Positions 56,901-64,000 of a stretch of 64,000 nt of DNA are shown in pieces. The position numbers were made by a program, and so were the translations under genes. Origin of the DNA: Neophaeotheca triangularis (taxonomy: Eukaryota); contig BAAIJX010000015.1 of the NCBI GenBank assembly GCA_054600435.1, positions 310,001 through 374,000 on the forward strand. The letters are read 5' to 3'. The notes below the pieces were generated by a model. The model did not search any database. It was not told the origin of the DNA and was given only the letters and a program-made list of their open reading frames with translations. Each line of letters begins with the position of its first letter. Position 1 is the stretch's first letter.

Positions 56901-58251
56901 TGTGAAACAACCAGTCATGACCAACGTCTATGGTGTCACGTTTCACGGCGCGAGGGCTCAAGTGAAGAGGCAGTTGGAGGAACTGTTCCCAGACGTTCAC
57001 CGATATGATGAAGTCAATTACACTTCCATGGCCAGCTACATTACGTTGAAAATTTTCCGATCTCTCGGAACCATGTTTAGAGGAGCGCAGGCTATTCAAA
57101 ACTGGCTTGGGCAGTGCGCTGAAACCATTTCCACTTCGCTTTCTCCAGAGCAAGTTACTGCCCTGACAGCTGAGCATGCACCTGGGAAAGAAGAGAAGAA
57201 GGACCGACGCGCCAAGTTTAGCAAGAAAACAAACACCGAAAATACCGAAGCGCCAGTCTTGAGCAAGAGCTCGGACGTCAGGCCGCTCTTCAAGTCGACA
57301 GTCGTATGGACGACGCCGCTGAGACTGCCAGTCGTTCAGCCATACCGAGCAGCCAAGACAAACATGGTCTCCACGGCAATGCAGAACGTAAAGCTCTTGG
57401 AGCCTCAATCATGGGACCCCATTAGCAAACGACGACAGCTACAAGCCTTCCCACCCAACTTCATCCACTCCCTCGACGCAACACACATGCTTCTCAGCGC
57501 CCTGAAATGCAACGAAGTCGGCATCACCTTTGCGAGTATCCACGACTCCTTCTGGACGCACGCCTGCGATGTCAGCAGCATGAGCACCGTGCTCCGCGAC
57601 GCCTTTGTCGCCATGCACAGCGACGACATTGTCGGTAGACTGCGCCAAGAATTCGAAACGCGCTACAAGGGCTTCATGACCTTCGTCTCGGTGCTAGCCA
57701 GGAGCAAGGTTGGCAAGGAGATCAAGGCCTACCGTACCAAGCACAAGAAGCAGATTGCCGACGTTCGAGGCGGGGAGTTGACGCTGGAAATGCAGCGTCG
57801 CAGGCTGCTAGAGAGCGAGGACCCGGCCGAGCGGGCGCAGGGAGAGGCCATGGTCACCCCCGGCAGCATATTCGCCGCCGCCATGGAAAAGGACCCGTCC
57901 ATGTTCAAAGACGAAGTGCAGTTCGAAGCCGGGAGCAAACTGGGCGAGATCCCGGAGAACGCGTCGGTGGACAACAGCGCCGAGATGGACGCGCCCGCGG
58001 CGCCCGCGGAGCAGGTCGAGGAGGTCGAAGGCGCCGTCGGTGACGCGGAAACGCCGCACGCGGAAGACGACGAGGCGCCGTCTGACCGCACGGCCGACCG
58101 CACGGCCGAGGCGAGCGAGAAGAAGCGCCTGCAAGCCATGAACGCGAACCGCAAGATCCACGTCTGGATGCCCGTCCGCTTTCCCGAGGTCCCCGCCAAG
58201 GGCGATTTCGACGTTACGCGCTTGCGCCAGAGCAAGTACTTTTTCCATTGA
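53938..58251 (+). CDS. RPO41: Mitochondrial single-subunit (T7-like) DNA-directed RNA polymerase
   Basis: Arg-rich presequence, DFRGRAYP, motif A HQDGTCNGLQHY, motif B RKVVKQPVMTNVYG, PPNFIHSLDA, motif C IHDSFWTH, and a C-terminal YFFH. Confidence 0.97.
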   Translation: MLARSGGRRQRRHTSQLLAASFAQLQLQFLAPAQLRWHSSNPTLSTSPNNRPRKPSDLSRTAERRIATAADQQTTSAEGSYTPPNYNSGEGALGSYQHVPWDTRPRPSPLQARASYLRPYRDPIIVNSTIQSSGALIKVQQGVHGTISDLLQHLNTSLRVGRLERAEAIIQRLADQCSPDSPEIVHAHNAFLGESLRTLATHPDGSEEARDVFAQMSRWFDSEVRGKTVEPDTNMLVVMIRGAIRALDGKPRDQIVRRFVEIARERDPEMLYEVLESEEYDDNEFTVLGRVSSEHFGEEMGELTAKDKDQFVEIRRTAKFGRPDGDMHDVPKVISTEQKGEGLRNVKKSISAFFSLPPLGPDAPFEEQRARAFERQYQMERTAVEIAIDQWRKADADLRKLGVNTSMQRKPVGALMWEWYQALLPVLEQELAECKQTMAEKGKTEHDRQYYGPYLEVNPAPTVAATTILQALSYTAKGKDFNDQEFQRDIKLSELTLGIGSALEQESAVRSTQPRSRRQHDARKSLDKRRFLRLMRQSRKVDEGGDPTNANGSVLPTPDQNSLTSLGWPTHVKVKLGAVLVAKLVETVQVSVTREHPRTREKVTRMQPAFTHKMPYTGGKKIGVLEPNHSLVEMLESEPIPSLLAKRLPMIVEPRPWSGFSEGGYWHYPTSIVRLKSSDKTGRTYYQAAQDKGDTGQLMAGLNALGKVPWVVNRNVFNVQLEAWNSGEAIANFAPLHPKIEPPPEPENNGDLDHRKKWLLECRALENKLTGLHSQRCFQNFQMEIARAMLNETMYFPHNIDFRGRAYPIPPYLNHMGADNARALLIFAEGKELGPHGLRWLKIHLANVFGYDKASLSEREDFTMSHLEEIYDSVNNPLGGKRWWLRSEDAWQTLGACFELAAALDSPDPERHVSHLPIHQDGTCNGLQHYAALGGDKAGAEQVNLEPSDRPGDVYTGVLNAVVAEIDEDAANGNKIALKLQGKITRKVVKQPVMTNVYGVTFHGARAQVKRQLEELFPDVHRYDEVNYTSMASYITLKIFRSLGTMFRGAQAIQNWLGQCAETISTSLSPEQVTALTAEHAPGKEEKKDRRAKFSKKTNTENTEAPVLSKSSDVRPLFKSTVVWTTPLRLPVVQPYRAAKTNMVSTAMQNVKLLEPQSWDPISKRRQLQAFPPNFIHSLDATHMLLSALKCNEVGITFASIHDSFWTHACDVSSMSTVLRDAFVAMHSDDIVGRLRQEFETRYKGFMTFVSVLARSKVGKEIKAYRTKHKKQIADVRGGELTLEMQRRRLLESEDPAERAQGEAMVTPGSIFAAAMEKDPSMFKDEVQFEAGSKLGEIPENASVDNSAEMDAPAAPAEQVEEVEGAVGDAETPHAEDDEAPSDRTADRTAEASEKKRLQAMNANRKIHVWMPVRFPEVPAKGDFDVTRLRQSKYFFH

Positions 58252-58721
58252 TGTTGCGATTGCGTATCTATGGGCTCGCTGGCGAGTATCGAGCATGGCG
58301 CTTTGGGGTTAGTGGGAGGCGGGGATGTCGCCAGCTACGTGTAAAGTATACTGTAAGATGAGAGGATGGCTGGCACTGTTGATGCTTTTGAGATATCCGC
58401 TTAGAGCAACTGTAGTTTTAGCACGGTGTTTAGGAACGATGGAGAGCAAGAAAAGAGCCTTCGACTGCCGCCAATGATAGTCGTTCGTGGCTTTGTGCTT
58501 GTTTGTAGTGGTCCAGCGATGTTGTGTATCAAGGAGAAATGCCTAGAGCTCAAGCTACCATGACTATGGCGCGAGCAAACCTTACCCAAAAAAAGAAAAA
58601 AGAACGCCCCGCAAAATGCCTGCCCGTGTCGTCTTTGGATTTTCATTTGAGATCTGAGCGATCCAGTTGATGCTCGTCAGACCTGAATCCTTCCTTCATC
58701 CAGAACCGCATCCAGTATCCA

Positions 58722-61700
58722 TCACTTAGCCGCGACCCCATTCACCTTGCCGTTACCGTTGAGTAATTCGCCAGCAGGGATAGTCGTTCCATTCGTCGGC
58801 CCCACAAGCGGGCTCTGCAAACCATTCGCCTCCGCCTCGGTCAGGCCCTGGCGAATTTTCAAAACGCTGTCCACAATGACCGCATCAATGCCTTCCTGCG
58901 CTTGCAACCTCGAGTTTACGACGTCGTTGTTGAGCGAGCCGTAGCTGACGCAGACGAGGCCGGACTCCTTGACGACGCGCACGAGTCGCGGGCACATGAC
59001 GAGGGGATCGGCGGAACTGACGATGCCGAGGAGATTCCACCTGCTAGCGAAACGAATGGCCTCTTGCAGCGAGCTGGCGCGGATATCGCCGACGGGCGCG
59101 GTGCCGGCGTCTGAGAGGAAGAGGACGGGGATCGAGGGCTGTTTGAAAGAGAGCAGCAGACAGATGTCCGGGTTGAAGGAGGAGAAGATGATGTTGCGCT
59201 TCTTGCCGAGGTCGTAGACTTTGGTGAGGACCGTGTCGACGAAGGAGTTGAGCTCGACGGCGTACGTGTCCATTTCTTGCTCTTCCAGCTCGAAGAGCAT
59301 GGGATATTTCATTTCAATGTTGAAGCCGACGTCTTCGGGGATTTCGTGGAACATTTGCTCCAGCGTTGTGAAAGGGGACTGAACAAAGTTGCCACGGCTG
59401 TTGCCCTTGTAGCCTTGAGCTTTGAAATCGCGCGTGTATTTCATTCGCTCATTCATCTTTTCGCGGTGTTCGTGATGCTGATCGGGGCCACCTACGGAGA
59501 AAGACCTCTGAGCACGGCCGCGCGTGGGGGGTCTGCCGCCTCTCTCGCTTTCAATGGGTGACCTTGGTCGGGGAGAGCTGTCGTTGACGTGAAGGAATTG
59601 TTCGAGTGTCAGAGTGTGCACCGGCGCATCAATACCAGTCTCGCTAACCAAGAAGTCATGGTAGATGACTGGTACGTGGTCCTTGGTGAGCTGCACATCG
59701 AACTCCACGTACTTGGCTCCCAAGCTCGCAGCGGTGATGAATGACTGAATAGTGTTTTCGCCGAGCTGCAGTGACTTTTGAGCAGCTTGGTTCTTCCCCA
59801 GGCCACGGTGGCCGATGACCATAGTCGAGGTGCTTTTCCAGTATGTTTGATTCTCCGAAATGCTCATGCCTGGATGCTTGAAGGGCGTGATGATGAGGAA
59901 GTTGAAGTTGACATTGCCAATGATGTCCAAAGTGTCGGCGGCAACAAGCGGTACGCTCAAGTCACCCTGCAGTGTCACTCGGTTGGATCCCAGCTTCGGC
60001 TTGATGCTCGACAGCAGTGCTACCGCGCGGCCGATGACCTTCTTGGTCGAGCCGGAATATGTGGGAATGAGGTCAAAAAGAATCTTGACCTTTGTAGGGT
60101 CTTTCGTAGTGAAACTCAATGGTGATGTGCTGATGCTCTCCTGAATCGGTAGGTCAATGACTGAATCTGCTCCCTTGGCGCCTTGGGCAGAGACCACAAG
60201 AGACAGAGCAGTATCAAGCTGCGTTGCATGAGCATCATTCATTGAGATGTTCTCCAGAATGACTGGCTCGAGAGTCTTCCGGTTGTCCATGCTACCAAGG
60301 CTGACCAGAACCATGGCCTCATCTTGGAGATAACGGTGGCCGAAAGACTTGATAGGCTCAGGGCCCCTTGTGATGCTTGTGGTGCCATTCTTTGACACTG
60401 CGTTAGACCGCCTATCTTCCAGCGAAGATGAGTTGGGTGGCGATCCCAAGGGTCTGGCGGAAACTTCGGGAGGGGGCTGAGTGCTAGGCGCAGGGGTCAA
60501 GGCTGTTAGCCGTCGGGCAATGTCGAGATGTCCACGGAGGGCGGCATGCTCCTTTGCCGTCCAGCCAGAGTAGTCAGATTTGTTCAAGTCGGCACCGGCA
60601 CCGATGAGTAGCTCAACAATCGGAAGGTGGCCGTCCACACAAGCAATGAACAGCGGTGTCCAGCCGTAGGTTTGTTCCGCGAGCTCCACGTTGGCCCTTT
60701 GATTAGCCGCTGCATCTAATAATGCTTTGGCACATTCTTCGTAACCCGAACGAGCGGCGACATGCAAAGCGGTCTCACCCTGAATGTCCTGGTGATTCAC
60801 ATCGACGCCGGCTTCCACGAGGAGGCGAACGATACCGTGGAGATTCGACTTGGTTGCCAGAGCGAGAGCGGTACCGCTCTTCTCCACGTGCTTACGAGCA
60901 TCAAGCAAGGCTTCGTGCTCGTCCTGCCAGTCTTCTGCCAGCAGCAAAGCTCTGCAAGTCCGGTAGTGCCCTCCAATCACTGCCAAGTGTAACGGTGCGA
61001 AACCTTCCGTGTCCTGCCAATGGGGCGAGTCTATGCCATCCGAGACGTCGAAGAGCCCCCACTTTCGCATCCTTTGTATCAACGCCTGCGTTGCTGCCAC
61101 CAATCCGTACTGTGCGGCGTAATGCAGGGGCGAGCGACCATACAAGTCCTTGGTCAAGATGGCGGGTCTTTGCTCAATGGACAGATGATCGAGAATGAAT
61201 GACAGCAGCTTGATGGCAGGGTCTGCGTGCCCGAGTGTTTGGCTGGCTTCGCGTTCCATGACCTTGAACGCGCCTGGAGCACGAACTGGAGGCTCCGCCG
61301 CAGTAATGTAACCAGAAGATTTGGCCAGCTCTGCGACCCCGTCAGTCTCCGTAGAGCTAGCTACATACCTCGTCCGCCCTATGGAGATGATGAATCGGTG
61401 GAGACAGTTTCGTTTGTTCATGTCGTCGTTGCCGTCAATCGTAGGGACCCTGGCCAGAAGGCTTGCAATGCAATCCGTAGACTTACAGGAGATTGCGCGC
61501 TGGAGCATATCCAACGCCAGTTTCTTGTGGCCCTCATGTTCAGCGTCGGGCGAAGCTGAATCAAGGAGTTTGAAGAGCTTCGTAGCATCATCCTCCCGTA
61601 TGGCCAGGTCCATGGCATCGAGCGTTGCGGGTTGAATGCGCAAAGCTGATCTGGAGTTGGCGCGATGCAGCGTTCCAGATGTACCAGAGTGCACCGAGCT

Positions 61701-62295
61701 CGCGTCGTCGGTTGTCTTGACATCGGCCAGACTCGACATCCAGTCGTTGATGGCCCGCATGTCCAGCGTCAACTTGTTATTGGTCGCGAACGGTTTGGGA
61801 TCGACTTTGGTCGCGAGATATTGACTCTGAGCATTGGAAGATTCTATCTTCTTGTCCAGCTTCTTTGTGATCTTGACGAAACCCCTCCTATTGACCTCAC
61901 CATACCACTGCAACTTCCGGTATTGGCTCCTCAGCTCGAGCAACGTGCCCATGAGATCCTCCAATTCATTCTTGTCCATGGCATCAAGCACCTTTGTGGC
62001 CATGCCGTAGCGCTCGTACAATAAGCGAAGGCGACGCGAGCACTCGCCGTACTTGCGATTGTAAAATGTGTCGACATCTTCGAGTTGGCGGTCGAGGGTG
62101 AAGAAGAATTCTGCAAGGGCATTAGGATGGTCGAGTGTGCAGTGTCGAGCTCAGCGTACCAGCCAGGTCGGCGTCCTCGCCATCGCCAGACTCGTTTTTG
62201 GCCGCTTTGATTTTCTTCTTGAGCTGTTTGTAGTCGATATACGAGCCCGCCCATTCGGGGACCTGGTTGCGCGGGAGATTCTGGCCGAACTTCAT
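58722..62295 (-). CDS. GDE1: Glycerophosphocholine phosphodiesterase Gde1 (SPX + ankyrin + GDPD); exons 62295-62160 and 62110-58722
   Basis: SPX domain MKFG...VPEW...YIDYKQLKK..VNRRGFVKITKK, ankyrin repeats (GRSPLHYAA, GETALHVAA, GWTPLFIAC), and GDPD motifs VIGHRG, GENT, VEFDVQLTKD, FNIEMK and FSSF. Confidence 0.96.
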
Positions 62296-62822
62296 GACTG
62301 CGGGTTGAGGAAAGGCAAAGCAACGAGCGCCAGTTGACTAGTAGTCTAGCCGAACCGATGGCAATCAGCGCGTCGATGCTGTATTGAGAGGCAACCTTAG
62401 CTATCGATGTTGTCGCACGGAGGAGCTACAGTATAGGTAGCTCCTAGCTGGCGGATTGGCCAGCTGCTGGGTCGACTGTGGTGGTACCTATAGTAGAAAC
62501 GCACGTAATGGCGCAGTGAGCCATGAGGTCGCTACCTAGATAGATGGTGAGAATGAATAACGAGGGTGCAGTGACAGACAAGTAAAGTAGTCGTGGAAAG
62601 AATGAACGAGACCATCAGAATGTTCAAACGATGGATGGTGCTTGAGTGACGCCCTTTCATAGGCTGGGCTCGGACCGCCGCCAGTGCCAGTACTGTACTA
62701 CTGTAGGAGGGGAGGTACCTCCCTGAGCTCCCTCTACCAATCTTATCTGCTGATCATCTCATCATCTTCCTTCCTAACTTGAGCTTCTCTCGGAGCAAGT
62801 AGTAGTGAAGAGAACTAGTAGA

Positions 62823-62849
62823 TAGGTAGGTAGGTAGGTAGGTAGGTAG
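62823..62849. repeat. (TAGG)n microsatellite
   Basis: Six full TAGG units plus TAG. Confidence 0.8.
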
Positions 62850-64000
62850 AAGAATAGTAGTACATTTTACTACTGCAGGTCCCGCCATGGAAAATAATAT
62901 GTGGATGTCAAAAGTAAGGTACAGGGCAGTATCAAAACAGCATCAGAATTTGATACTGAATGATGCGCCTCCTACCCCGCCATCCAGGATCCATGTTTTC
63001 CCCATTTGGATGATCTTCAAGACCACGCCCCCCATTATGCCCATGCGTAGACGTACGTAGTTGCTGATCGCCAGGAACAAGACGGGAGGTAAAAGTTGAA
63101 ACAAGACGTAACTGTCGCCGGTATACAATAATGTCTTGTTAATAACACCTAAGTACTGAAGGTAGACAAGTGGTCTAGCAACGTATATCGATATTCGGAC
63201 GAGGAGATTCGGAAGGCTACCTTGTCTTTACCTGCTTCTAATGCTACAATATACTAGTACACAGTCACAGTCACAGTCACAATTCGTTCACAAGACACCT
63301 CAGCCTGCTGCTGTTCTACGCCAGCACAGTTCCGCCAACACACTGCATGCTCGAGTGTAACGAACAAACAAGCGACCATTTGAAGATATTTTATTATTAG
63401 TCCCCGCCTAATAATGACAACAACGATGGGAAACGAATCCCGCTGGAGAAGCTCGGAGACGGAGGCGGACACAACTTCCTAACTTACTACTTATACTATA
63501 TTACTTTATACCACTACGTATGTACCCACATACTTTTTGCCTTTCCACTACTATCCAGCCCTTCCCGCCAACGAACCAAATGGCGGATGAGGTGCATGAT
63601 GCATCTTCTCAACCACGTGTTGCAAATTCGACTAAACAAAAGAGCAAAGCACGAACCGCGCCTCCGGACCATGCCCTCTCCTAACAATAAAGAGCTTGCA
63701 GACACAAACACCTCAGACAGTCCAGACGCGACGCGACCTACAATAAACAAGTCTCACGCCAACCTGCAACTCCTTCAAAGTACCTCCTATATAATGCCGT
63801 GCCACCATTAACAAACGGTGGCGCTCTCAACCCACGTGTCGCATCCGCCTAGGTATAGGTAGGTAGTGTACCCGGAGGTGGCTACAGCGACCACCGAGTA
63901 ATGCAAGTTCCCAAGCCCGTCTCCGCCTCTTTATGCAAAATCGTATAGGTAGGTCCTCTGTACGCCCGGGCTGCCCGATATTACTCCCCGCTCCACGCGA

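Noticed and set aside
53938..58251. Phage T7-like RNA polymerase as a possible viral or plasmid insertion
   Set aside because: It has a mitochondrial presequence and sits among core genes, so it is the ordinary nuclear-encoded RPO41.
63262..63281. (CAGTCA)3 containing Homol-D-like CAGTCACA
   Set aside because: It is a simple hexamer repeat and no adjacent ribosomal protein gene is visible in the window.

Overview
This is eukaryotic, intron-containing DNA from a filamentous ascomycete. GT..CTRAC..AG introns of about 50-90 nt and the protein sequences suggest Pezizomycotina, probably a Dothideomycete (inference). It is a gene-dense core-genome segment with about 23 protein-coding genes: SIT4 (3' end only), a large WD40/Gemin5-TPR-like protein, a small Ser-rich ORF, VPS24, SBA1/p23, an MFS monocarboxylate-type transporter, a GT17 glycosyltransferase, CLP1, a GH92 alpha-mannosidase, NMD3, CLR2, a short-chain dehydrogenase (SDR), RPL26, an AT-hook/C2H2 protein, OST4, TMA46, a hypothetical protein, DUF866, a CSC1/OSCA channel, a probable Zip2/SHOC1-like meiotic protein, a secreted alpha-carbonic anhydrase, RPO41 and GDE1. 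There is also a decayed WSC-domain relic. I saw no tRNA, rRNA, intact transposon or secondary-metabolite cluster. The most notable signals are: (1) a cryptic PTS2-like peroxisomal signal (RTx5HL) encoded in frame upstream of the SDR AUG, directly after an ACG codon in optimal Kozak context, suggesting a non-AUG-initiated peroxisomal isoform; (2) a GT17 whose DxD motif is altered; (3) Zip2/SHOC1-like and Gemin5-like proteins that would normally be annotated as hypothetical; (4) a shared ATCGATAAG motif upstream of NMD3 and TMA46. All gene models and family calls were made by eye, without database searches.
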